Position numbers and translations under genes: made by a program. This document shows positions 19,564 through 29,634 of a DNA stretch of 64,000 nucleotides, piece by piece; the first letter of the stretch is position 1; every line of letters begins with the position of its first letter. The notes under the pieces were generated by a model. That model worked only from the letters and a program-made list of their open reading frames with translations. It searched no databases and was not told where the DNA came from. This DNA is from an uncultured Alphaproteobacteria bacterium. GTDB taxonomy: Bacteria; Pseudomonadota; Alphaproteobacteria; HIMB59; GCA-002718135. The stretch lies in assembly GCA_902573325.1 (NCBI GenBank), contig CACGJH010000006.1, positions 2,074 through 66,073 on the forward strand. Reading direction: 5' to 3'.

Positions 19564-20598
19564 ATGACAACATATAAAGAAGCAGGTGTTGATATAGAAA
19601 ATACAGATGCCCTTGTCGACGATATTTCTCAGCTAAGTAAATCAACAAATAGAAATGGAAATTTTGATAAAATTGGTGGATTTGGGGGCATTTTTGATCT
19701 TAAAAATTGTGGATATGAAGACCCTTTATTGGTGTCTGGAACAGATGGCATAGGGACAAAAATATTACTAGGGATTGAAACTGACATTTTAGATGGTTTA
19801 GGTCATGATCTTGTTGGTATGTGTCTAAATGATATTCTTTGTCATGGGGCAGAGCCATTATTTTTTTTAGATTACTATGCTTCTTCCAAGATTAATAAAA
19901 ATTCTTTTTTAAAAATTATGAAAAGCATCACTGAAGCTTGCAAGATAAATAATTGCTCTCTTATTGGTGGTGAAACAGCAGAGATGCCTGGGCTTTATAA
20001 AAAAGATGATTTTGATTTTGCTGGATTTTGTGTTGGTGCTGTAGAGAGAAAAAAAATTCTACCTAAAAGAGATGTCATGAAAGAAGATGATCTTCTATAT
20101 GGGATTAGATCTTCAGGCTTTCATTCAAATGGATATTCTCTCATTAGAAAAGTTTTAAAAGATAAAAATATAGATCTACATAAAGAAACAGAATTTAAAT
20201 CATCTTATGAAACAAATGCAGCAGCCTTAATGGCTCCAACAAAATTATATTTTCCTTTTTTAAAAAAAATTTTAACAACAAATCTTATCAACGGTATTTC
20301 TCATATTACAGGTGGAGGTATTGTTGGTAATGCTCCAAGAATGCTCTCTGAAAATTTATCAGCAAGGATTGATAAAAAATTTATTTGTGATGAAGAAATT
20401 TTCCAATGGTTTCAAAGTTTAGCTAATATTTCAGATGAAGAAATGTTGAAGACATTTAATTGCGGATTAGGTTTGATAATGACTATTTCAAAAAATAATT
20501 ACAAAGAATTTGAACAATTAATAAAAGATGAAAATTTAGATATTTTTGAAATTGGGAAAATAGAAGTTAACAAATCATCAAGGTGCACAATTAGTTGA
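19564..20598 (+). CDS. purM: Phosphoribosylformylglycinamidine cyclo-ligase (AIR synthase)
   Basis: YKEAGVDI start, DGIGTK, and GGETAEMPG motifs. 344 aa. Confidence 0.9.
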   Translation: MTTYKEAGVDIENTDALVDDISQLSKSTNRNGNFDKIGGFGGIFDLKNCGYEDPLLVSGTDGIGTKILLGIETDILDGLGHDLVGMCLNDILCHGAEPLFFLDYYASSKINKNSFLKIMKSITEACKINNCSLIGGETAEMPGLYKKDDFDFAGFCVGAVERKKILPKRDVMKEDDLLYGIRSSGFHSNGYSLIRKVLKDKNIDLHKETEFKSSYETNAAALMAPTKLYFPFLKKILTTNLINGISHITGGGIVGNAPRMLSENLSARIDKKFICDEEIFQWFQSLANISDEEMLKTFNCGLGLIMTISKNNYKEFEQLIKDENLDIFEIGKIEVNKSSRCTIS

Positions 20599-21164
20599 AA
20601 AAATTACAAGTTGCTATTTTCATATCGGGAAGAGGTTCCAATTTAGAATCACTAATACAATCATCATTGAAAAAACAAAGTTTAGTAGAGGTTCAATTGG
20701 TAGTCTCTAATAACTCCAAAGCAAAAGGTTTAACTATTGCCAAAAAAAATAAAATTCCATTCATACATTTTATTCCAAGAAAAAATTTTGAAAACAAAGT
20801 CATGAAGTATCTAAAAAATATTGATATCATTTGTTTGGCTGGTTTTATGCAAGTTTTAGACTCAAAATTTGTCAGGCAGTGGCGATCGCGATTAATCAAT
20901 ATTCACCCATCTTACCTTCCAGCTTTCAAAGGTTTAAATGCTCAGGATCAGGCCATAAAGGCTAAAGCGAGCTATTCTGGTTGTAGTGTTCATTACGTAA
21001 GCACTAAAATTGACTCTGGAAAGATTATATTGCAAAAAAAAGTAAAGATTTTGAAGAAAGATAATACCGAATCACTCTCAAAGAAAATATTGATAGAAGA
21101 GCATAAGGTTTATCCAAGAGCATTACAGATGGTTGCAAAAACACTTTTAACAAGACAACAGTAA
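20595..21164 (+). CDS. purN: Phosphoribosylglycinamide formyltransferase
   Basis: SGRGSNL, INIHPSYLP and SGCSVHYV motifs. The start codon is TTG at 20595, overlapping the purM TGA (TTGA). Confidence 0.85.
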   Translation: MKKLQVAIFISGRGSNLESLIQSSLKKQSLVEVQLVVSNNSKAKGLTIAKKNKIPFIHFIPRKNFENKVMKYLKNIDIICLAGFMQVLDSKFVRQWRSRLINIHPSYLPAFKGLNAQDQAIKAKASYSGCSVHYVSTKIDSGKIILQKKVKILKKDNTESLSKKILIEEHKVYPRALQMVAKTLLTRQQ

Positions 21165-21165
21165 G

Positions 21166-22653
21166 ATGAAAAATCGACAAAATTTCTTAAAAAAATTCGA
21201 AGTAAGGCAATCATATGTTCCCAGATTTAATGAGGAGTGTGGTGTTTTTGGAATAAGTGGAACCAAAGATGCTGCTGCTTTAACAGCTCTTGGCTTGCAT
21301 GCTTTGCAACATCGTGGTCAAGAAGGTTGTGGAATCGTCAGTTATGATGGCAACTCCTATCACTCAGAAAGAAAATTTGGATTAGTTGGAGATAATTTTA
21401 CGAAGAAACACTCATTAGAAAAGTTAAAGGGAAAAATTGCTATAGGGCACAATCGTTATTCAACCACGGGTGGTGAAACAATAAGGAATATACAACCTTT
21501 TTATGCTGACCTTCATGGTGGAGCTATTAGTATTGCTCATAATGGCAATCTAACCAATGCACTCCTTCTAAGAGAGCAAATGGTTCGTGAAGGAGCAATA
21601 TTTCAAACAACATCTGATACTGAAACTATTGTTCAACTTGTAGCTCGTTCAAAAAAGAGAGATATTTTAAATAAAATTATTGATGCTTTAATGCAAATTC
21701 AAGGTGGTTATGCTTTATCAATTATTGCTAATGGTACATTGATTGGTGCACGAGATCCACTAGGTATTCGACCACTTGTTTTAGGTAAATTTAAAAATGC
21801 ATTTATCCTTGCCTCTGAAACTTGTGCTTTAGATATTATAGGTGCAAAATTTATCCGCGAAATTGAAAATGGAGAAGTAGTAGTTATTAAAGATAATAAA
21901 GTTGAAAGTAGAAGACCATTTCCAAAAAAACAAATTAAACCATGTGTTTTTGAATATATTTATTTTTCACGACCTGATAGTATTTTAAAAAATAAAACTG
22001 CCTATGAATATAGAAAAAATTTAGGTACATACTTAGCAAAAGAAACCGATATAAAACCGGATGTAGTCGTACCTGTTCCAGACTCTGGTGTTCCCGCTGC
22101 GCTTGGTTTTAGTCAAGAGTCTGGTATTCCTTTTGAGTTAGGATTAATACGAAATCATTATGTGGGTAGAACATTTATTGAGCCAACTCAGCAAATTAGA
22201 AGTTTAGGTGTAAAGTTAAAATTAAATCCTAACCAAAGTTCTATTAAAAAAAAGAAAGTTGTTTTAATTGACGATTCATTAGTTCGTGGAACAACATCCA
22301 CTAAGATAATAAAAATGCTTTATGATTTTGGAGCAAAAGAAGTCCATATGCGTATTGCTTCACCAGCAATCAAATATCCAGATTTTTACGGAGTTGATAC
22401 TCCGACCCAAGAGGAATTATTGGCTGCAAATAAAAATTTAGAGGAAATGCGTAAATATATTGGTGCTAAATCGTTAAAATTTTTATCATTAGATGGTCTT
22501 TATCGAGCTCTTGGTTATGATGAGAGAGATAATGATAATCCTCAATTTACTGATCATTATTTTACAGGAGAGTATCCGGTCAGACCTTTAGATTACTTGA
22601 ATGACGAAAGCTTAAAAAAACTATCATTTTTAAGTCTTGCTTCAAATAACTAA
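21166..22653 (+). CDS. purF: Amidophosphoribosyltransferase
   Basis: Ntn-type ECGVFGI, with the catalytic Cys after a propeptide. HNRYSTTG and a PRTase loop VLIDDSLVRGTT. 495 aa. Confidence 0.9.
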   Translation: MKNRQNFLKKFEVRQSYVPRFNEECGVFGISGTKDAAALTALGLHALQHRGQEGCGIVSYDGNSYHSERKFGLVGDNFTKKHSLEKLKGKIAIGHNRYSTTGGETIRNIQPFYADLHGGAISIAHNGNLTNALLLREQMVREGAIFQTTSDTETIVQLVARSKKRDILNKIIDALMQIQGGYALSIIANGTLIGARDPLGIRPLVLGKFKNAFILASETCALDIIGAKFIREIENGEVVVIKDNKVESRRPFPKKQIKPCVFEYIYFSRPDSILKNKTAYEYRKNLGTYLAKETDIKPDVVVPVPDSGVPAALGFSQESGIPFELGLIRNHYVGRTFIEPTQQIRSLGVKLKLNPNQSSIKKKKVVLIDDSLVRGTTSTKIIKMLYDFGAKEVHMRIASPAIKYPDFYGVDTPTQEELLAANKNLEEMRKYIGAKSLKFLSLDGLYRALGYDERDNDNPQFTDHYFTGEYPVRPLDYLNDESLKKLSFLSLASNN

Positions 22654-22673
22654 TTAATGAGTTATTTTTTTTC

Positions 22674-23951
22674 ATGAACGTTCTTGTCATTGGTAATGGT
22701 GGAAGAGAGCACGCACTATGTTATGGTATAAAACAATCTCCTAATTGTTCTAATTTATATTGTATACCTGGAAGTGATAGTATCAGTGAGATTGCTTCTT
22801 CGACTATCACAGATGTTAATGATCATGATGCTATTCTTCAATTTTGTCTAGAAAATAAAATCGATCTCGTGGTCATAGGTCCAGAATTGCCTTTAACTAA
22901 AGGATTATCAAACCTTTTAATGAACAATACTATATTAGTTTTTGGTCCTGATCAAATGGGAGCAGAGTTAGAAAAATCAAAAAAGTTTACAAAAGATATT
23001 TGTAAAAAATTAAATATTGCAACAGCTGCCTATAACGTATTTGACAACTATGATGATGCCTTAAATTTTTGTCAAAACCAATCCTATCCTCTTGTTATCA
23101 AAGCTGATGGTTTAGCAGCAGGAAAAGGAGTTATTATTTGTCAAAAAAAGGAGGATGCAAAAGATGCGCTGATTAAATGTTTTAAAGATAATTCTTTTGG
23201 TGATGCTGGTTCAGTTGTTGTTATTGAAGAATTTTTAGTTGGTGAAGAGGTAAGTTTATTTTCACTTGTTGATAAAAATGGATTTGTGTTGCCACTTACA
23301 ACAGCACAAGATCATAAAAAAATCTTGGAAGGAGAAAAAGGCTTAAACACTGGTGGTATGGGAGCCTACACACCTGTTCCTTCTATTTCATCAAATAAAA
23401 TGAATGAATTATCCAAAACATTTGTTGAGCCTATCGTTCAACATCTTGCTCAACAAGGCATCAAGTATCAAGGCATGTTTTATGCAGGATTAATTCTAAC
23501 AGATAAGGGTCCAAATTTACTCGAAATCAACGTTCGTTTTGGTGATCCGGAAACCCAAGCAATTATTCCATTATTAGAAACAGATTTATTAGAACTCCTT
23601 CATGCTTCAGCGTTAGGTACTTTAAATGAAATGAAACAAATTAAGTGGAAAAATGATTACGCTATGACAGTAGTAATGGCTGCTGAAGGCTATCCTGAGA
23701 ATTATAAAAAATTCACATCAATTAATAATTTAGAAAATCTTGCTTTAACAAAAGATGAGTATCTGTTTCATGCAGGAACAATACTTAAAGAAAACAAATG
23801 GTTATCTAATGGGGGCCGTGTATTAAATATCTCTAGTACGGGTAAAGATTTAAAAACTATAAGAGAAGCCATTCACAATTTAATCAATCAAATTAAATGG
23901 GATGAGGGATATTATCGAAAAGATATTGGCTGGAGATATATTGATGAGTAA
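22674..23951 (+). CDS. purD: Phosphoribosylamine-glycine ligase
   Basis: MNVLVIGNGGREHAL start, an ATP-grasp core, and EINVRFGDPE. 425 aa. Confidence 0.9.
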   Translation: MNVLVIGNGGREHALCYGIKQSPNCSNLYCIPGSDSISEIASSTITDVNDHDAILQFCLENKIDLVVIGPELPLTKGLSNLLMNNTILVFGPDQMGAELEKSKKFTKDICKKLNIATAAYNVFDNYDDALNFCQNQSYPLVIKADGLAAGKGVIICQKKEDAKDALIKCFKDNSFGDAGSVVVIEEFLVGEEVSLFSLVDKNGFVLPLTTAQDHKKILEGEKGLNTGGMGAYTPVPSISSNKMNELSKTFVEPIVQHLAQQGIKYQGMFYAGLILTDKGPNLLEINVRFGDPETQAIIPLLETDLLELLHASALGTLNEMKQIKWKNDYAMTVVMAAEGYPENYKKFTSINNLENLALTKDEYLFHAGTILKENKWLSNGGRVLNISSTGKDLKTIREAIHNLINQIKWDEGYYRKDIGWRYIDE

Positions 23952-24849
23952 TGCATTTTTAGTTGAAGGAAAAACGAAAATTATAGAGAAAACAAATGAT
24001 CAAAACGTTATTCGAATTGTAACAAAGGATTTTTTAACAGGTGGGGATGCTGCGAAGAAAGAGGAAATTAAAGATATTGGAATTCAAAAGACAAAACAAA
24101 CAAGTAATGTTTTTAGCTTGCTAACCAAGGCAGGTATTGCAACATCATTTATTGAACAAGATTCGCCAAATAGTCTTTTAAGTTACAACTGTAATATGCT
24201 TCCTTTAGAATTTGTAGTTAGACGTTATGCTTGGGGAAGTTATTTAAGTAGAAACATTCAATTTTTAAAAGACAAAAGTCATCCCCATAAATTTGAAAAC
24301 TTAGTTTGGGAAATATTTCATAAACAAGCTGTTGTTATTCCTCCTCATGTTGCAAAACCTGTTCAAATGGATGAGAGTGAAGCAAGAAGACAATTTTTAA
24401 AAGATGGAAAATGGGAAGAGGGTGTATTTACAGATCCTTTTGTAAAAACTGGAGAAGAATGGGAATTATTTTCTGCAAAACAACCTATTACAAACAAAAG
24501 CTTGATGAAAACCAAAAAAATATTGTCTGATCAGGAATTAGAAATAGCTATTAATGGAATTATTCTGCCAAGTTTCGAGCTTATAGAAGACAAATGGAAA
24601 ACTATTGAGACAATTGATGGTCCTATTCATTTGGTAGATATTAAGTTTGAGCTTGGTTTTAAAGTATCGGATAACTCGTTAGTTCTATCTGATGTTGTTG
24701 ATAATGATAGTTGGCGAATATGGCCTGGCGGAGATCCAACTAAACAATTAGATAAACAATCTTTTCGTGAAGGAGAAGATTTAGTAAATGTTGCTAATAA
24801 ATATCAACTGGTAACACAACTAACTGATCAATTTAATTTAAGTAAATAA
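23944..24849 (+). CDS. purC: Phosphoribosylaminoimidazole-succinocarboxamide synthase (long form)
   Basis: GKTK motif near the N-terminus and a SAICAR synthetase-like LEFVVRRYAWGS segment. I chose the start at ATG 23944 (8-nt overlap with purD) rather than the track's 23902. Confidence 0.8.
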   Translation: MSNAFLVEGKTKIIEKTNDQNVIRIVTKDFLTGGDAAKKEEIKDIGIQKTKQTSNVFSLLTKAGIATSFIEQDSPNSLLSYNCNMLPLEFVVRRYAWGSYLSRNIQFLKDKSHPHKFENLVWEIFHKQAVVIPPHVAKPVQMDESEARRQFLKDGKWEEGVFTDPFVKTGEEWELFSAKQPITNKSLMKTKKILSDQELEIAINGIILPSFELIEDKWKTIETIDGPIHLVDIKFELGFKVSDNSLVLSDVVDNDSWRIWPGGDPTKQLDKQSFREGEDLVNVANKYQLVTQLTDQFNLSK

Positions 24850-24850
24850 T

Positions 24851-25894
24851 TTATTTATCAATAATCGTTATATGACCCATTTTTCTTTTATGTTTAATTT
24901 CTGTTTTTAAATAGTCATAAAAAAATTCATTATCCTTAAAAGTTTTATTTCGATACGGTGTTATATCATCACCAATTAAATTAATCATTTTGGCATTATA
25001 CAATTTTTTTGTCTCAATTTTTTCTAAGCCACATACTGCTCGTACATGATTTTCAAATTGACTAATATTATGAGAATTCATTGTTAGATGTCCAGAATTA
25101 TGAACACGAGGAGCAATTTCGTTAGCATATAAATTATCATCAGTATCAATAAAAAATTCTACACATAACGTTCCAATATAATCTAGTTTTTCTACAACTT
25201 GTTTTGCCCACTCAATTGATTTTATTCGTATGTCATCAGAGATATCACTTGGTATTGTTGAATATTTTAAAATTTGTTCTTCATGAACATTCTCAATAGG
25301 ATCATAGATCTCATAACTATTTTGATCAAAACGAGTAATGACGACTGATATTTCTTTTTTAAGATGAATGAGTTTTTCTAAAATATATTCTATTGTAAAA
25401 TCAATCTCTTTCGTAATATCATCTACAGTGTTTAATTTATACTGACCTTTGCCATCGTACCCTAACGTTGTTGTTTTTAATAGACCTGGAAGCAAGTCTA
25501 CATTTTCACTCAAATCCTTTTCATTTTTTACAATTACATATTTTGTTGTTGTTATATTGTTATCATTGAGAAATTTTTTTTCTGTTTCCCGGTGTTGAAT
25601 GAGTTGATTAATTTCAGGTTTCGGTAAAACTTTTTTCTTTTCATTAATCTTTTTGAGTATTTCGAAGGGAATATTTTCAAATTCATATGTAACAAGATCA
25701 ACTGCATTAATAAAATTATTTATCGTTGTATCATCATCATACTGACCAAAAATGAATTTAGTCGCAAAGTGTTTCCCGGGTGCATCAGGATCATCACTTA
25801 ATATAACGGTTTGTATATCTATTTTTTTTGCAGCATCTGCTAAAAGACTTCCTAATTGTCCACCACCGATAATACCAAGTGTGGGTGTATTCAT
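24851..25894 (-). CDS. purK: N5-carboxyaminoimidazole ribonucleotide synthase
   Basis: IGIIGGGQLG N-terminus, an ATP-grasp fold and NEIAPRVHNSGH. Directly downstream of purE. Confidence 0.85.
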   Translation of the reverse strand: MNTPTLGIIGGGQLGSLLADAAKKIDIQTVILSDDPDAPGKHFATKFIFGQYDDDTTINNFINAVDLVTYEFENIPFEILKKINEKKKVLPKPEINQLIQHRETEKKFLNDNNITTTKYVIVKNEKDLSENVDLLPGLLKTTTLGYDGKGQYKLNTVDDITKEIDFTIEYILEKLIHLKKEISVVITRFDQNSYEIYDPIENVHEEQILKYSTIPSDISDDIRIKSIEWAKQVVEKLDYIGTLCVEFFIDTDDNLYANEIAPRVHNSGHLTMNSHNISQFENHVRAVCGLEKIETKKLYNAKMINLIGDDITPYRNKTFKDNEFFYDYLKTEIKHKRKMGHITIIDK

Positions 25895-25897
25895 GAC

Positions 25898-26389
25898 TTA
25901 TGGTTTTTGTTTAACAGCTTTTGATTGTTTACTTCGATAATTTTTTAGATTTTTCTTAATTTCTTTATTTGTAAGAGCAATAATGGAAGCTGCATATAAA
26001 CCGGCATTCATTGCGCCGTCCTCACCGATTGCTACACTGCCAACAGGGATACCTTTTGGCATTTGTACTATTGATAACAAACTATCTAATCCTTTTAATT
26101 TACGACTTTCTACTGGTACGCCGATTACAGGTATAGTTGTTAATGATGCAATCATTCCTGGTAAATGCGCAGAGCCTCCTGCACCGGCAATAATGACAGA
26201 AATATTATTGTCTTCCGCTGCTTTGGCAAATTTAAACATTCTCTCTGGTGTGCGGTGTGCAGAAACAATTTTGGTTTCAAACTTAACTTTCAGTAATCTT
26301 AAAATTTTTTCACAATTTTTCATGGTAGCATAATCAGACTTGCTTCCCATCACAATTGCTACCTTATGTTTTGTTGATGCTGACATCAT
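25898..26389 (-). CDS. purE: N5-carboxyaminoimidazole ribonucleotide mutase
   Basis: [16 protein letters not shown] and [10 protein letters not shown] motifs. 163 aa. Confidence 0.9.
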   Translation of the reverse strand: MMSASTKHKVAIVMGSKSDYATMKNCEKILRLLKVKFETKIVSAHRTPERMFKFAKAAEDNNISVIIAGAGGSAHLPGMIASLTTIPVIGVPVESRKLKGLDSLLSIVQMPKGIPVGSVAIGEDGAMNAGLYAASIIALTNKEIKKNLKNYRSKQSKAVKQKP

Positions 26390-26431
26390 TTTTATTTTAT
26401 TGTATCAATTCAATGATGATTCGATACATTA

Positions 26432-27547
26432 TTACATAATGACATCGTGGACATTACTTTCACGGGCTCCAGCTTTTGAAATAAAGACAAATTTACAGTT
26501 GCCTTGCATTTTCTTAATCGTTTTATGACCAGTGTAGCCCATCGAAGATTTTAAACCACCAACAAGTTGATAGGCTACATCTTCTATTTTACCTTTGTAT
26601 GGAACCATTCCTTCCACACCTTCTGCTACTAATTTTTTGGAATTCTTTGTTTCTTCTTGTGAGTATCGATCAAAAGATCCTTTTTGCATTGCTCCTACAG
26701 AACCCATACCTCTATAGGATTTAAATTTTTTACCTTTAATCGTTAGTAATTTTCCTGGTGACTCTTCAGTGCCGGCAAATAAGGAGCCTATCATACAAGC
26801 ACTTGCACCACCTGCTATAGCTTTCGCAATATCACCTGATGTTTTTATTCCTCCATCTGCAATCACAGGAATTTTAAATTTTTTGGCAACTTGAAATGTA
26901 TCCATTACAGCTGAGAGTTGAGGAATACCAACACCAGTTACAACTCTTGTAGTACAAATTGATCCTGGTCCAATACCTACTTTGATAGCATCAACACCAG
27001 CACTAATTAAATCTGATGCAGCTTTTTTTGTAGCAATGTTTCCAACTATAAGAGGGGTTTTCTTTAAAACTTTTTTTGCTTTTTCAATAAACTGTAAAGT
27101 TGTTTTTGTATGTGCATGAGCAACATCAATAAAGACTATATCAACGCCGACTTTTAATAATTCTAATAGTCGTAAGTAAGCATTATTTTCAACACCAATT
27201 GCTGCTCCTACTGCAATCTTTTTGTTAGAATTAATTACAGCATTTTGAAATTTTTTATTGTTAACTTTAAAACTATGAACTTTTTTGACAGCACTTGCTT
27301 GTTTATCAATTGGCATATTACGGTGAATAACACCAAGACCACCATTAAGTGCTAAATTGATCGCCATCTTATTCTCTGTCACGGTATCCATAGCAGCAGA
27401 AAGTATAGGAATATGTAATTTGACTTTTCCAATGGTAATCGATGTATCTACATCTTTTGGTTTTATCTCCGAATACGCTGGTGAGAGCAGAACATCATCA
27501 AAAGTAACGGAATAATTAGTATTTATCTGGTAGGCCATTTCCAACAA
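26432..27547 (-). CDS. guaB: IMP dehydrogenase lacking the CBS/Bateman subdomain
   Basis: [11 protein letters not shown] catalytic loop, [10 protein letters not shown], and a flap with an R-Y dyad (DRYSQ). Only 371 aa: about 20 residues (aa 91-110) sit where a CBS pair of about 120 aa normally does. Confidence 0.75.
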   Translation of the reverse strand: MLEMAYQINTNYSVTFDDVLLSPAYSEIKPKDVDTSITIGKVKLHIPILSAAMDTVTENKMAINLALNGGLGVIHRNMPIDKQASAVKKVHSFKVNNKKFQNAVINSNKKIAVGAAIGVENNAYLRLLELLKVGVDIVFIDVAHAHTKTTLQFIEKAKKVLKKTPLIVGNIATKKAASDLISAGVDAIKVGIGPGSICTTRVVTGVGIPQLSAVMDTFQVAKKFKIPVIADGGIKTSGDIAKAIAGGASACMIGSLFAGTEESPGKLLTIKGKKFKSYRGMGSVGAMQKGSFDRYSQEETKNSKKLVAEGVEGMVPYKGKIEDVAYQLVGGLKSSMGYTGHKTIKKMQGNCKFVFISKAGARESNVHDVIM

Positions 27548-27610
27548 TATTTATTTTGTTTCGATTTGTAAAATAAATAGTTCAAATAATAATTTTTGAA
27601 CCCCTTCTTC

Positions 27611-28090
27611 TTAAATTTTATATTCGAAGTTCTGTGTTGTAGGGTTAATCTTAATTAATCTTGCACCATTTCGAATATGATAGTGTGTAGCAACAGGAGT
27701 TAAAGGCGAAATGGTAATGATACTTTCAAACTGCTTTTTTGATTTGATATATTTTTGCAGCTCTTTCATAATTTTTTTTCCTGCCCCTTTTTTAAAAGAC
27801 CATAGCGTATAGGCGATTGGAATGGTTGCTTGATCTTCTTCAACACTCATCAAATCCATTTCTTTAATTGTTGCGGGTATTTCATTTGTAAAGGCAAAGC
27901 AGGCAATACCCTCAATATCATCCTTATATTTAAGGCCAAAAATTTTTCTTCCTTTTGATGTACGAAATTCATTATCGAGTTCTGGGCGTACTGGATCGTC
28001 TGATGGATTAACACCATCTAGTTCTACTAGCTCCGTTTTTTTGATCCAACTAAAGAAATCAAACTCGTATTTGTATCTGCCAATTTTCAT
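27611..28090 (-). CDS. Hypothetical protein, possibly GNAT-fold acetyltransferase
   Basis: 159 aa. The WSFKKGAGKKIMKEL segment resembles the GNAT R/Q-x-x-G-x-G/A acetyl-CoA loop. No other recognisable motif. Confidence 0.4.
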   Translation of the reverse strand: MKIGRYKYEFDFFSWIKKTELVELDGVNPSDDPVRPELDNEFRTSKGRKIFGLKYKDDIEGIACFAFTNEIPATIKEMDLMSVEEDQATIPIAYTLWSFKKGAGKKIMKELQKYIKSKKQFESIITISPLTPVATHYHIRNGARLIKINPTTQNFEYKI

Positions 28091-28210
28091 TTAAAGTATG
28101 TAAAGCTTTATAAGATTTGATAAATAAAGATAGTGAATATTTTGTTAAGAAAGTTGCCACTAATTACTTACTGTCAAATTTTACTAATATAAATTCTTGT
28201 TACATTAAAA

Positions 28211-29527
28211 ATGTCATCGAAATCATCTATTCAAAATATTTTTAAATTATCTATCCCTATTTTCTTTGCAAATTTAGTTATTCCTTTTGTGGCTATTGTT
28301 GATACAGGCTTAATGGGTAATCTTGATAACGCTAGTTACTTGGTTGCTACCAGTATTGCGGCAAGTGTCTTTTCCATTCTTTTTGGGAGTTTTGGTTTTT
28401 TACGATCAGGTACGGTTGGAATGATTGCTCAAGCAGATGGATCTAAAGATTATGAAGAAATCATAAATATTTTTTTACGCAATATTACTTTTGTTATTAT
28501 TATTTCTCTCCTATTAGTTATTCTTCAAAGATATATTTATAATATTTCTCTATCTATTTTTGAGTTATCACAGGAAACAAAAATATATTTTAAAGATTAT
28601 TTTACCTTTCGTATTTACTCCTCTTTTGGAGAGCTAACCATCTTTGTAATTACAGGATTATTTATTGGTTTACAAAAAACAAAAACATCTAGTCTTATTG
28701 TTGGGTTTTATTCTATTGCAAATATAATTTTAAGCTTAGTTTTTGTTTTATATTTTAATTTAAATGTTTTAGGTGTTGCCTTAGGCACTCTCGTAGCCTC
28801 AACACTGACAACAATAATCTTTTTATTCTATACAATCTATGACTTAAGCAAGATGACTAAATTGGAATTCAATACAAAAAAAATTTTTAATCTTAGTAAG
28901 ATAAAAAATATTTTTAATATTAATCTTAATATATTTATCCGATCTCTTCTTCTTGCTTTTGCCTTCTTATATTTTACCTATCTTGGTAATTCTATCAGTG
29001 AAGAAATAGTAGCGGCAAATACCATTTTACTAAATTTTATAATGTTATCAGCTTATGTTCTTGATGCTTATGCTTTCTCTACAGAAGGTATTGTAGGGTT
29101 TTCTATTGGATCAAAAAATAAACAATTATTAAGAGATGTCATAAAAAATTCCTTTATCCTAAGTACAGCAACTGGATTAGTAATATGTGTAATCTTTTTC
29201 TTTAGTAAAAATTATTTCATTATTACGATGACAGATTTACCTGACATTCGAGAAATTAGTTTTTCCTTTTCCTACTGGGTAATCATCATTCCTTTTGCAG
29301 CCTCTTTTTGTTTTCAATTTGATGGTATTTTTGTTGGTGCTTCGCAAACAACAGAACTGCGTAATGCGATGATCGTATCTGTTGCCATCTATATTGTTGT
29401 CTCTTTCTTTTTAATAGCAAGTTTTGGCAATACAGGATTATGGCTATCTCTTTGCCTTTTCTTTATTGCAAGAGCACTTACTTTGTTTGTCTACATGCCT
29501 AGAATTTATGGCCGTATCCATGAATAA
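28211..29527 (+). CDS. MATE-family efflux transporter (DinF-like)
   Basis: 438 aa and about 12 TM helices. The N-terminal PIFFANLVIPFVAIVDTGLMG segment is typical of MATE proteins. Confidence 0.8.
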   Translation: MSSKSSIQNIFKLSIPIFFANLVIPFVAIVDTGLMGNLDNASYLVATSIAASVFSILFGSFGFLRSGTVGMIAQADGSKDYEEIINIFLRNITFVIIISLLLVILQRYIYNISLSIFELSQETKIYFKDYFTFRIYSSFGELTIFVITGLFIGLQKTKTSSLIVGFYSIANIILSLVFVLYFNLNVLGVALGTLVASTLTTIIFLFYTIYDLSKMTKLEFNTKKIFNLSKIKNIFNINLNIFIRSLLLAFAFLYFTYLGNSISEEIVAANTILLNFIMLSAYVLDAYAFSTEGIVGFSIGSKNKQLLRDVIKNSFILSTATGLVICVIFFFSKNYFIITMTDLPDIREISFSFSYWVIIIPFAASFCFQFDGIFVGASQTTELRNAMIVSVAIYIVVSFFLIASFGNTGLWLSLCLFFIARALTLFVYMPRIYGRIHE

Positions 29528-29573
29528 TTCTATTAAATTTAAAAAAAATACTTAAAAAGAGAAATAATTTAAC

Positions 29574-29600
29574 AAATAGGTCGGCCACAAGCCCTATTTT
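29574..29600 (+). terminator. Possible intrinsic terminator after the MATE gene
   Basis: AAATAGG at 29574-29580 pairs with CCTATTT at 29593-29599 around a GC-containing loop, followed by only a short T-run. Confidence 0.3.
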
Positions 29601-29634
29601 AAAATAAAAAAGGCCAAACGTTATTAAAAGTTTT

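Noticed and set aside
25983-26333. 116-aa plus-strand ORF antisense to purE. Similar antisense ORFs occur at 13288-13725 (smc/dsbA), 16711-16983 and 17722-18021 (purL), 51599-51937 (groES), and in other places.
   Set aside because: Each lies entirely inside a well-supported gene on the opposite strand. Their compositions are low-complexity mirror images of the real gene, and none has a start context or recognisable motif. They are typical shadow ORFs.
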